Origin: Parvularculales bacterium
Lineage (GTDB): Bacteria; Pseudomonadota; Alphaproteobacteria; JAPOUT01; JBAJNM01
Length of the DNA stretch: 64,000 nucleotides
Reading direction: 5' to 3'
NCBI GenBank assembly: GCA_036881865.1
Contig: JBAJNM010000005.1
Span: forward strand, 3,868-67,867
The notes below the pieces were generated by a model. That model made no database searches. It was not told the DNA's origin and saw only the letters and a list, made by a program, of their open reading frames with translations. Shown piece after piece: positions 18,184-27,012 of this stretch (position 1 is the stretch's first letter; the number at the start of each line of letters is the position of its first letter). The position numbers and the translations under genes are program-made.

Positions 18184-18218
18184 ATTTCGGAATTACCCAA
18201 AAGAAACCGACTAGTTCC

Positions 18219-19364
18219 TCACATCCAAATTTCGCGATTACCGCGCCGTTCAACACGGCGACTACAACGCACCATCATAATTTCAGCTAACCCCGTTTCG
18301 TCCAGCAGTGCATCCACCGCTACACGTCTCGCCTCATCCAGCCTGTCATAAGCGTCCTGAATGCGTTGCAGCATAAATATCCGATAGGGCATGACACCGG
18401 CGGTGACGGTTTGCCCGCTCCAGTCAAAATTGCATGTGCCGATCCCACGTCCCAGACTAACCCCGCCGACAATATCGCCTTCTGCCGGATTATTTTCGGT
18501 TAGCCAGTTATTGCTATGGGTAATCATCGCCCTTATCTCAGGCAGATAATCTGTTGCCACGCGCTGCAGCAAAACTTTCAGCGTGTCGGGGATGCCATCA
18601 TCTTCCAAAAGACTTTCATCGCGGCCAATAAATTCGACCATGTCGGATGACGGATTGCGCATACGTTCGGTCCAGCGAAACAGCATGGGGGCTTTATTCT
18701 GCATCAGCCGCAGTGGATGCGGGTCACGCCCTAAATGCGCAAACAGAGCGGCAAACAGGCCGTAATCGCCAATGGTCGGCATCCCACCCAGCAAATAGGG
18801 ATGATCTGCAAAATGTGCATCAAATTCTACCATCATCTCATGATAGGCCGTTTCAATATGTGGTGCGGTTTCCTCTGTTACACCAAAAATCAATGCCGCT
18901 TTGCGCATACGGCCTGCCGCATGCAGCGCCATATCGCGGCGTTCTTCCGGCGGTACTTGCGGCATGGCAAACAGGCCGAATTGCTGCAAAATGAAATCGA
19001 GATTATCGTCGTCGAAATTCCATCGGTAATGCATGGCCGGACGCAACATACCCTCGCCGCCAAACATTTCCATGATCAGTGAGCTAATGAGGTGGCACGG
19101 CGTTGTCGGATAGGCGGGTAGACGCGCCATTTTGTTGTTTTCAAACCAGTCGATAATATCCGTGCCATCCTGCACGATTTCACCCTGTGGCGTCTCCATG
19201 ACCGGAATGATCCAACGACCAATGGCCGGGCGAATGACCGCATCATAATGCGGGTCAGCCGGTGAGATATCGTCAAAATCAATGTGCTGTTTGATGAGAT
19301 AAGCGCGTGCTTTACCTGAATAAAGCGATAGGCTCCAAGTATAGAGTTTATATCTGTCAGGCAT
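18219..19364 (-). CDS. glutathione S-transferase-like protein, long form
   Basis: 381-aa ORF. It has an N-terminal thioredoxin-like GST_N pattern (YKLYTWSLSLYSGKARAYL...IPVMETPQGEIVQDGTDIIDWF) and a long C-terminal extension. Confidence 0.7.
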   Translation of the reverse strand: MPDRYKLYTWSLSLYSGKARAYLIKQHIDFDDISPADPHYDAVIRPAIGRWIIPVMETPQGEIVQDGTDIIDWFENNKMARLPAYPTTPCHLISSLIMEMFGGEGMLRPAMHYRWNFDDDNLDFILQQFGLFAMPQVPPEERRDMALHAAGRMRKAALIFGVTEETAPHIETAYHEMMVEFDAHFADHPYLLGGMPTIGDYGLFAALFAHLGRDPHPLRLMQNKAPMLFRWTERMRNPSSDMVEFIGRDESLLEDDGIPDTLKVLLQRVATDYLPEIRAMITHSNNWLTENNPAEGDIVGGVSLGRGIGTCNFDWSGQTVTAGVMPYRIFMLQRIQDAYDRLDEARRVAVDALLDETGLAEIMMVRCSRRVERRGNREIWM

Positions 19365-20007
19365 TTGTTGTCCTGAATATCAGATAGACCAGATGACCGA
19401 GTGCGGCCAGGGCGGTCAGGAGGAAAGCCAGCCAGATGCGCGGTGACATCAACACGCCACCGGCATTGGTTTCCAATGGCATGGCATAGGTTACACTCAG
19501 GGCGGCACGTTTATAGACATGCCCACCTTCAAATGACGGGTCAGTGGCCGCTTCCAGCATATCGCGGCGGCTGCGATAGCGGATGATGCCGCCGGCCGAC
19601 CAACCCGGATTGGCTTGCGCCGCCCAGGCATCCAGATAGCCCCCGACAGCACGTCCGGTATAGGCCGGATAGCCCGCACTCATAATCGTTTTGCCCATAA
19701 AGGGCCGGAAATATTCCTGTAGCAAGTCGGGTGGCGATACTTGTTCGCCGGTGTCAGGGTGGGTGACCGTCCCCTTCGGGAAAGCCAGCAAATTGACCAT
19801 GAAAAATTCATTGCCCGTATCTGTTTCCATAAAGTCTAGCAAAGCCGCACGCTGCATATCATCAACCGTTTCATTGGCTTCAATGCGTGCCATAAAGGTT
19901 TCAATTTCAGATTGCGTCAACGGCCCGCGCCAGTTTTCATGCCAGACCAGAAACACCAGATAAAGTGCCAGTGCGATGCCCCAAATGGAAATGGATATTG
20001 TGTTCAT
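19357..20007 (-). CDS. membrane-anchored protein of unknown function (N- and C-terminal TM helices)
   Basis: 216-aa ORF with an 8-nt overlap with the downstream GST-like gene. I recognise no family. Confidence 0.55.
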   Translation of the reverse strand: MNTISISIWGIALALYLVFLVWHENWRGPLTQSEIETFMARIEANETVDDMQRAALLDFMETDTGNEFFMVNLLAFPKGTVTHPDTGEQVSPPDLLQEYFRPFMGKTIMSAGYPAYTGRAVGGYLDAWAAQANPGWSAGGIIRYRSRRDMLEAATDPSFEGGHVYKRAALSVTYAMPLETNAGGVLMSPRIWLAFLLTALAALGHLVYLIFRTTNA

Positions 20008-20037
20008 GCTTCCCTCCTGAACCTCAGATGCAAAACA

Positions 20038-20070
20038 ATATAAATTGACATTATCAATGTCAATTTATAT
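20038..20070. promoter_or_regulatory. perfect 15-bp inverted repeat (ATATAAATTGACATT-atc-AATGTCAATTTATAT), putative operator in a divergent promoter region
   Basis: Read directly. It lies in the 87-bp intergenic region between divergent genes (19357..20007 minus, 20095..21210 plus). A TetR-family gene is 2.8 kb downstream in the plus-strand operon. Confidence 0.6.
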
Positions 20071-20094
20071 CCTCAACGGAAATGAGGAGAAACC

Positions 20095-21210
20095 ATGCAC
20101 TATAAAAGTCAGAATTTTGTTTTCAATCCGGATGATTTTCGCGACACAAAATTCATTGAAGGGGCAGCGTTTGACAGCGGGCAGCTCGGCGATGGCGAGG
20201 TGATTATCGAAGTTGATATTCTGGCGTTGACTGCCAATACAATTACCTATGGCATTGCCGGTAAATTGGGGATTATTCGTTATCTGGAAAGTTTCCCCAC
20301 CGAAGCGCCTTATGCGCGCATGCCGTTTTGGGGATTTGGTAACATTGTCGCTTCAGCTCATGCCGATTTGCCGGTCGGTGAGCGGCTTTACGGTTTTTAC
20401 CCACTGTCAACGTATCTGTTGACCACAATGGATAAGGTCACGGCGGCCAAATGTAACGATGTAACGCCCTGCCGCAAGACAATACCTACTCTTTACAGAG
20501 AATATGCGCGAGTTACTGCCGAGCCCGACTATGATCCGGGTTTTGACGAGATGCAAAGCCTGCTGCGTCCGGTCATCAGCACATCGTTTTTGCTGGAACA
20601 TTATATTAGGCGCCATGATTTTTACGACGCCCGCAATATTGTCATTACCAGCGCGTCAAGCAAAACAGCTTTCGGTTTTGGCCATTTTCTGGTTAATCAA
20701 CATGATGATAAATGCCGCGCCATTGGCCTTACATCGGCGCGCAATAAAGCATTTGTTGAAAAGACCGGCTGCTATCATCAGGTGTTGACTTATGATGAGG
20801 TCAATAAGCTGCCTAAAGAGGCCAGTGTCTTGTTTGATATGGCCGGTAATGCCGAACTGCGGGCCTCTATTCATCATCATTTGGATGATTTGATTGCCTA
20901 TAGCGGCACGGTGGGGGCCACCCATTGGGATGCCGGTGGTCAGGATGCTTCGGACCTGCCCGGCCCGCGACCGGTTTTCTGGTCCGGTCCTGACGAGGTT
21001 GCATTTCTGGCCCGCCGGAGTGACGACCCGCAACAGTTATTGAGCACAATTAGCGGGCATACGGCCAGCCTGATGAGGGAAGCGGCCAATTGGCTAAAGA
21101 TCAACCGTTTTGCCTCGGCTGATGAAATAAAAAAAGCCTATCTTGATATGCTGGACAGTAAAATGGCGGCGGAAGATGCGACCATCTTCAAAGTCAAAGG
21201 AGCCTTGTGA
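20095..21210 (+). CDS. DUF2855-like protein (MDR/zinc-ADH-like fold suspected)
   Basis: 371-aa ORF with LALTANTITYGIAG...MPFWGFGNIVAS...VGERLYGFYPLSTYL, which matches my recollection of DUF2855. Not verified. Confidence 0.5.
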   Translation: MHYKSQNFVFNPDDFRDTKFIEGAAFDSGQLGDGEVIIEVDILALTANTITYGIAGKLGIIRYLESFPTEAPYARMPFWGFGNIVASAHADLPVGERLYGFYPLSTYLLTTMDKVTAAKCNDVTPCRKTIPTLYREYARVTAEPDYDPGFDEMQSLLRPVISTSFLLEHYIRRHDFYDARNIVITSASSKTAFGFGHFLVNQHDDKCRAIGLTSARNKAFVEKTGCYHQVLTYDEVNKLPKEASVLFDMAGNAELRASIHHHLDDLIAYSGTVGATHWDAGGQDASDLPGPRPVFWSGPDEVAFLARRSDDPQQLLSTISGHTASLMREAANWLKINRFASADEIKKAYLDMLDSKMAAEDATIFKVKGAL

Positions 21211-22901
21211 TGGGCAGTACCTATCTTTCGAAGCGGGCCAAAATCCTTCTGGCCACGGCCTTGCTGCTGATCAGCTCAATCGCGATTATTTATCTCAATC
21301 GCGATTATGTAATTATCAAGGTGGTGGGTTTTATGGCGCGCAATGCCTTTGCGACGGGCCCCAATAAGCCAGTCACGTGGCAGAGTGGCATCTGGCAGGG
21401 CACGGGTGAACGCCCGCCCAATATTATCGTCATTCTGACCGATGATATGGGCTTCAACGATGTCAGTTACCATGGTGGTGGGCTCATTGAGACGCCGCAT
21501 ATTGATACGCTGGCCAATCAGGGTGTGCGCTTTGCCAATGGCTATGCTGGTAGCGCGGTCTGCGCCACGTCGCGCGCCATGTTATTGACCGGCCGTTATT
21601 CCACCCGTTTCGGGTTTGAGTTCACCCCGACACCAGATCAGTTCAGCCCTATTTTGCAGCAATTGGCGAAAAGCGATCCGATGCCTCGCAAGATGAATTT
21701 CATTGAAGTGCATGATACGGCGATGGAAGCCGAAGACCCGCATGCAGAACACAAAGAAATCAGCTTTATGTCAAAAGGCCTGCCGCAACAAGAAATCACG
21801 CTGGCCGAAGAATTAAAGCGCGCCGGCTATCATAATTTGCATATCGGTAAATGGCATTTGGGCCGTGACCCCGAGTTTCGTCCCGGCAATCAGGGGTTTG
21901 ATGAAAGTCTGCTGATGGAAAGCGGGCTTTATTTGCCGGTCGACTCACCTGATGTCGTTAATGCACGCAATGAGTTTGCCGTGCTGGATAAGGTGCAATG
22001 GGAAGTGCTGACCTATGCGGCCAGCTTTAATGATAGCGAGCGGTTTGAGCCGAACGGCTATCTGACCGACTATTATACCGATGAGGCGGTTAAGGCGATT
22101 GCCGCCAATAAGGACCGGCCTCTCTTCCTCTATCTGTCTCATTGGGGCATTCACACGCCGCTACAAGCCTCAAGGGCCGATTTTGAAGCAGTCGGCGATA
22201 ATTTCAAAACCCATCGGGCGCGCGTTTACGCAGCAATGATCCGTGCCGTTGACCGCTCGGTCGGCCGCGTGATGCAGGCATTGAAAGATAATGGGCTTGA
22301 TGACAATACACTGGTCATATTCACCAGCGATAATGGCGGCGCCAATTATATCGGCATGCCGGATATTAATAAGCCCTATCGCGGCTGGAAACTGAGTTTT
22401 TTTGAAGGCGGTACTCATGTTCCCTTTATCATGCACTGGCCCGGTAAGCTGCAAGCGGGCAGTTACCCGCATCCGATTTCGCATCTCGATATTATGCCCA
22501 CGGCATTGGGCGCAGCCGCGCTGAAACCACAAGCCGAAGTGATTGATGGGGTCAATCTGTTGCCTTATTTGACGGGCAAGAAAGCGGGGTGGCCGCACGA
22601 CACGTTAATTTGGCGCTCGGGCCATTATCAGGCGATTATAAAAGACGGCTGGAAAATGCAGCGCAGTGATCGGCCGGAGAAAACGCGGCTTTATCACCTG
22701 ACCGACGATCCGTTTGAAAAAGCTGATGTTAGCACGGCGCACCCCGATAAAATCGCCGAGCTGAATGCGCTGCTGGATTCCCATAATAAAGAGCAGGCGT
22801 CGCCCATGTGGCCGACGCGTGCCGAAATGCCCATATGGGTTGATAAATCGCTGGGCAACAGACCAACTCTCGATGATGATTATATTTACTGGCCGAATTA
22901 G
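21207..22901 (+). CDS. sulfatase (alkaline-phosphatase superfamily) with an N-terminal membrane anchor
   Basis: 564-aa ORF with NIIVILTDDMGFNDVSYHGG, the active-site region SAVCATSRAMLLTGRY, and GKWHLG and FTSDNGG motifs. Its start (GTGATG) overlaps the upstream stop. Confidence 0.88.
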   Translation: MMGSTYLSKRAKILLATALLLISSIAIIYLNRDYVIIKVVGFMARNAFATGPNKPVTWQSGIWQGTGERPPNIIVILTDDMGFNDVSYHGGGLIETPHIDTLANQGVRFANGYAGSAVCATSRAMLLTGRYSTRFGFEFTPTPDQFSPILQQLAKSDPMPRKMNFIEVHDTAMEAEDPHAEHKEISFMSKGLPQQEITLAEELKRAGYHNLHIGKWHLGRDPEFRPGNQGFDESLLMESGLYLPVDSPDVVNARNEFAVLDKVQWEVLTYAASFNDSERFEPNGYLTDYYTDEAVKAIAANKDRPLFLYLSHWGIHTPLQASRADFEAVGDNFKTHRARVYAAMIRAVDRSVGRVMQALKDNGLDDNTLVIFTSDNGGANYIGMPDINKPYRGWKLSFFEGGTHVPFIMHWPGKLQAGSYPHPISHLDIMPTALGAAALKPQAEVIDGVNLLPYLTGKKAGWPHDTLIWRSGHYQAIIKDGWKMQRSDRPEKTRLYHLTDDPFEKADVSTAHPDKIAELNALLDSHNKEQASPMWPTRAEMPIWVDKSLGNRPTLDDDYIYWPN

Positions 22902-22916
22902 TAAAAGAGTGACTTA

Positions 22917-23501
22917 ATGAGTGGACAACCGAAACTGGAAATTATTGACGGACGCCACAAGCGTAGCGAACGCAGCCGCGCTGCCATCATCACGGCAACG
23001 CTCAATCTTGTCGATAATGGCAACCTGTCGCCAACAGCCAGGCAAATTGCCGAAGAGGCCGGAGTCGGTTTACGCTCTTTCTTTCGCCATTTTGAAGATA
23101 TGGATGCGCTGTTTGACACGATAGACCGCCATTTACGGAAATATTATGAGCAACTTTTCAACCGGCCTTTTAGTAATGGCTGTCTTGAAGAGCGCATCGC
23201 TGATATTGTAACCGGTCGGTCGGAAGCCTATGAGCGTTTGAAAAAAATGATGATGAGCACTCAGGCACAATTATGGCGCTCCGGGACTTTGCAAAAGAAC
23301 TATGCCCGCAATCAGGAGAGATTGCGCAAACATCTGGAAAAATGGCTGCCCGAATTACAGTCTCTGCCAAAAGGAAAACGCGAGGCTGCCCATGCGGCTG
23401 CTTCTTTTGATATGTGGCATCGTCTTCGCCATCACCAAAAACTCAATATTAGCGAGGCGCGTGAGGCGATTATCGCCATGCTGCATGGTCTTCTGGGTTG
23501 A
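22917..23501 (+). CDS. TetR/AcrR-family transcriptional regulator
   Basis: 194-aa ORF with an N-terminal HTH (SRAAIITATLNLVDNGNLSPTARQIAEEAGVGLRSFFRHFEDMDAL). Confidence 0.85.
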   Translation: MSGQPKLEIIDGRHKRSERSRAAIITATLNLVDNGNLSPTARQIAEEAGVGLRSFFRHFEDMDALFDTIDRHLRKYYEQLFNRPFSNGCLEERIADIVTGRSEAYERLKKMMMSTQAQLWRSGTLQKNYARNQERLRKHLEKWLPELQSLPKGKREAAHAAASFDMWHRLRHHQKLNISEAREAIIAMLHGLLG

Positions 23502-23517
23502 TCTAAATGATGGCGCA

Positions 23518-24207
23518 ATGATGAAACGTATTCTTATCGGCTTTGCCATTTTTGTGCCGGCGCTTTTTCTCATGCTGTTCTGGCTCGTCTTTTTTTCTCC
23601 GCGTCCGCCCCTGAGTACTGATGCGGCAACGCTGGCCGGTGATGGCAGCCTTATTGATTATTGCCAATTTCCGAAACTGGACAGCAGCGGCAAGCTGGCC
23701 CGCAACATCCCAAAAGGTAACACGCCGGGTTGTGCCTATTCGCATTTTCCGCTACCCATATTGGCTGAATGTACCGAACCTTTGCTGGAAGGCGCAGATG
23801 ATATTCGCGGCCTGTGGATTGGCGTTGAAGGGGAGCATATCGGTCATGTCGAACGTGTCGAACAATGTGGAAGCCGGACGGTTATCACATCCTCCGGCAT
23901 TATTCACGATTACGGTTCCAACAGTACCGCCGGTCTCAATACGAATGATACGGAAGGTATGGTGGTTTTTACCATCGGTGATAAGGAATATTGCCCGCGC
24001 ACCAGCGCCGCCATGATTTGGCGGGACGGTGTGTTGAATTTTCATGCGCTTGGTTGGGGGCCGGTGGTTGTGCGCCGCTATAAGGACGGTGAACAACTGG
24101 TTTGGGAATATGCCGATGGCAGCACAACCCGTATGAACCGGTTGTGTAATCTGCCCGAAGCGTATAAAAAACCCCGTCCCAGAGGCCCCCGTATCTCCCT
24201 GTTTTAA
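23518..24207 (+). CDS. secreted or membrane-anchored hypothetical protein
   Basis: The track ORF 23302..24207 overlaps the TetR gene in another frame. I trimmed it to ATG at 23518 (MMKRILIGFAIFVPALFLMLFWLVFF signal/anchor). No family recognised. Confidence 0.55.
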   Translation: MMKRILIGFAIFVPALFLMLFWLVFFSPRPPLSTDAATLAGDGSLIDYCQFPKLDSSGKLARNIPKGNTPGCAYSHFPLPILAECTEPLLEGADDIRGLWIGVEGEHIGHVERVEQCGSRTVITSSGIIHDYGSNSTAGLNTNDTEGMVVFTIGDKEYCPRTSAAMIWRDGVLNFHALGWGPVVVRRYKDGEQLVWEYADGSTTRMNRLCNLPEAYKKPRPRGPRISLF

Positions 24208-24242
24208 ATGATAATGTAAGAGGACAGTGTAAGAGGAACACC

Positions 24243-25277
24243 ATGACAGATCAGCAACCACTTCGCTTTATCGGGGGTACTGGCTCGCCCTATACGCAAA
24301 AAATGCTGGCGCTTTTGCGCTATCGCCGCATTGAGACGGTGGTGATTTGGGGACAGCCTGCTGCGGTGTGCAAAGAATTGGGTATCGAACCGCCGCGCCC
24401 GGTGCTGATGCCAACTTTTCTGTTTGAGGACAACGACGGGATGAAAGCCGTCACCGATACGACGCCGATTATCCGCCGTCTGGAAAATGACCATAAAGGC
24501 CGTTCAGTCATTCCCGATGATGCGGCGCTCGCCTTTATTGATTATCTCATTGAAGATTTTGCCGATGAATGGGTTACCAAATATATGTTCCATTATCGCT
24601 GGCACGCCGATGCTGATGCCGAGAATGCTTCTATACTTTTACCGCTTGCCTTTGATGTCAGCATGGCGGAAGACTCGCTGACCGGCCTCAAGTCCATGAT
24701 TAAAGACCGGCAGGTCAACCGGCTTTACGTTGTCGGCTCAAACGACATCACTGCGCCGGTGATTGACACGAGTTACAAGCGGTTTCTGGCCGCCATGGAA
24801 GCGCATTTAGGTAGCCAGCATTTTATGCTTGGCGGACGTCCGGCGGCGGGTGATTTTGGCCTTTACGGGCAATTGACACAGCTTGTCGGTTTCGACCCGA
24901 CGCCACGCGCTTTGACCCATAAATTATCGTCTCGCACCGTTGCATGGGTTGATCTAATGCGCGACCAAAGCGGCCATGAGCCAAAGGAAGCGCATTGGGT
25001 GACACTGGAAGACCAGCCCGACACGCTGCGCCTTGTGTTGAACGAAATCGGTCACGTCTATGCGCCTGCCCAGCTTGCCAACGCCAAAGCGGTGGTCGAT
25101 GGGGCGGAAAGCTGGGAATGCGAAATTGACGGCGCAAAATGGACGCAACCGACCTTTAACTATCAGGCCAAATGCCTCAACTGGACACGCGAGCAGTATG
25201 CTGCGCTTAGCGATGCTAACCGTGCACGTGTTGATACCTGTCTTGCCGGCACCGGCATTGAAGCCATGCTGACTTAG
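24243..25277 (+). CDS. glutathione S-transferase-like protein, long form
   Basis: 344-aa ORF with a GST_N-like start (LRFIGGTGSPYTQKMLALLRYRRI...MPTFLFEDNDGMKAVTDTTPIIRRLE) and a GST_C-like GDFGLYGQL. Confidence 0.65.
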   Translation: MTDQQPLRFIGGTGSPYTQKMLALLRYRRIETVVIWGQPAAVCKELGIEPPRPVLMPTFLFEDNDGMKAVTDTTPIIRRLENDHKGRSVIPDDAALAFIDYLIEDFADEWVTKYMFHYRWHADADAENASILLPLAFDVSMAEDSLTGLKSMIKDRQVNRLYVVGSNDITAPVIDTSYKRFLAAMEAHLGSQHFMLGGRPAAGDFGLYGQLTQLVGFDPTPRALTHKLSSRTVAWVDLMRDQSGHEPKEAHWVTLEDQPDTLRLVLNEIGHVYAPAQLANAKAVVDGAESWECEIDGAKWTQPTFNYQAKCLNWTREQYAALSDANRARVDTCLAGTGIEAMLT

Positions 25278-25316
25278 GTCAGCGGGTGCTCGGCCTTTTG
25301 CCCTGATTAAATCGCC

Positions 25317-26876
25317 CTAGTTAACCTGACGTTCTCTGCCTTCCCAATAAGGGATGCGTAAATCACGCTTCAGCACTTTGCCGGCACCGGACAAGGGCAG
25401 CGGCTCATCGCGCAAGGCGATAGAGCGCGGCAGTTTATAGTTGGCAATCAGCGGGCGGCAATGCTCGACAATTTCATCCAGGGTCGGGACAGCCCCTTCT
25501 TTCGGGACAATAATGGCATGCACGGCCTCGCCCCATTTATCATCGGGAATGCCAATAACGGCAACTTCGGCCACGGCTTCATGGGTTGAGATGGCACTCT
25601 CCACCTCGGCCGAGAATACATTTTCACCACCGGTGACAATCATGTCTTTCATCCGGTCGGCTATAAAAATAAACCCGTCCTCGTCCATATATGCACCATC
25701 GCCGGTATGAACCCATCCGTCTTTTAAAGTAGCGGTGGTTTGCTCATCAAGTTTCCAATAGCCTTGCATGGCGCCCATGCCGCGGGCGCAAATTTCACCG
25801 ACTTCGCCGAGGGTAACCCTATTACCGTCTTTATCGACGATCTTTACTTCCGTGCCGGGCACCGGACGACCGGCCGAGCGCAATTTGGAATTATTGCTCC
25901 CCAGAACATGAAATTCCGGCTGCAAGGTCGAGACAATCGGTGCCAGTTCGGTCTGGCCGTAGCCCTGCATGATTTTCAAATCGGGCATGCGCTTAATCAA
26001 ATCGGTCAACAGCCCTTCCGGCATGGGTGACGCGCCGTACAGCATATACCCAAGGCTGCTCAGGCGCTTCGGGTCAAAAGCTTCGGAATTGAGCAACATA
26101 CCAATCATGGTTGGCACCAGCAGCGCATGCGTCACCTCATGGGTTTCAATGGCCTGCATGACTCCTTCAATGTCAAACATGGGAATATACACATGCGTCG
26201 CGCCGACTGCCGTCTGGCCGCCGCTGGCTGCACCATCGGCCAGATGGAACATCGGAGCGGCGTGCAGATAAATGCTTTCAGGGCGCGCCTCGAGCATTTT
26301 CGACATGACCAGATTATTATACCAAAGCGCCCGATGCGGCAGCATCACCCCTTTGGGAAATCCGGTTGTGCCGCCGGTATAATACAGGCCGGCAAGGTCT
26401 TCGCCGCCGCGCATGGCGTCTTCACAGGGTTCGCCGTCTTCAACCAGTTCTTCAAAAGCCAGCATGCCTTCCGGCACTTCACCATCATCAAGATAGATGA
26501 CTATTTTCAGCGCTTTGCATTCCTCTCTGATCTTCTCAACAACCGGCGCAAAAGTCTTATCGACAAAAAGAATTTCCGCACCTGAATCATTGAGCGAGTA
26601 GGCGTTTTCCACCGCCGTCCAGCGGATATTCATCGGTACAACGGCAGCGCCTGACCACCAGACAGCGTGGTAATATTCGGTATAGCGGTCAGAGTTTAAC
26701 GCCAATATGGCAACCCGGTCGCCGGCGCCCGCTCCCAGTTTGCGCAAACTGCCGGCCAGCTTAGCCACCCGTGAGCGGTGCTCAGACCATGTGCGTCTGC
26801 GTGCGCCCATAATGGTCGCGATTGCATTAGGCCGCGTATCGGCGGCGGAAGTCATAAATTGTGTAACGCTTGTCAT
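25317..26876 (-). CDS. acyl-CoA synthetase / fatty-acid--CoA ligase (AMP-binding family)
   Basis: 519-aa ORF with YTGGTTGFPKGV (AMP-binding motif), GYGQTE, TGDGAYMDEDGFIFIADRMKD and GKVLKRDLR. Confidence 0.9.
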   Translation of the reverse strand: MTSVTQFMTSAADTRPNAIATIMGARRRTWSEHRSRVAKLAGSLRKLGAGAGDRVAILALNSDRYTEYYHAVWWSGAAVVPMNIRWTAVENAYSLNDSGAEILFVDKTFAPVVEKIREECKALKIVIYLDDGEVPEGMLAFEELVEDGEPCEDAMRGGEDLAGLYYTGGTTGFPKGVMLPHRALWYNNLVMSKMLEARPESIYLHAAPMFHLADGAASGGQTAVGATHVYIPMFDIEGVMQAIETHEVTHALLVPTMIGMLLNSEAFDPKRLSSLGYMLYGASPMPEGLLTDLIKRMPDLKIMQGYGQTELAPIVSTLQPEFHVLGSNNSKLRSAGRPVPGTEVKIVDKDGNRVTLGEVGEICARGMGAMQGYWKLDEQTTATLKDGWVHTGDGAYMDEDGFIFIADRMKDMIVTGGENVFSAEVESAISTHEAVAEVAVIGIPDDKWGEAVHAIIVPKEGAVPTLDEIVEHCRPLIANYKLPRSIALRDEPLPLSGAGKVLKRDLRIPYWEGRERQVN

Positions 26877-26922
26877 GTCTCCCTTATTCCCTTTTACTTT
26901 TGATAGATTGTTTTTGATAGAC

Positions 26923-27012
26923 CATGATGCCCGATGCTGTGCCTTATCGCAAACCCGTCAGTCCACAGACCGTAATCGTTCAAACCCCGCTTCAAGGTCA
27001 TGAATTAAATCC
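26923..27012 (-). repeat. copy 2 of the duplicated segment (intact metC 3' end plus the conserved downstream element)
   Basis: See 18098..18183. This copy spans the real metC stop (26958-26960). Confidence 0.75.
26924..26952 (-). promoter_or_regulatory. promoter-like element TTGCGA-N17-CATCAT upstream of the acyl-CoA ligase gene
   Basis: The minus strand reads TTGCGATAAGGCACAGCATCGGGCATCAT. It is paralogous to 18099-18127. Confidence 0.3.

Noticed and set aside
23302-23517. N-terminal extension of ORF 23302..24207
   Set aside because: It overlaps the last 200 nt of the TetR gene in another frame. A signal/anchor sequence begins at the internal ATG 23518, right after the TetR stop.
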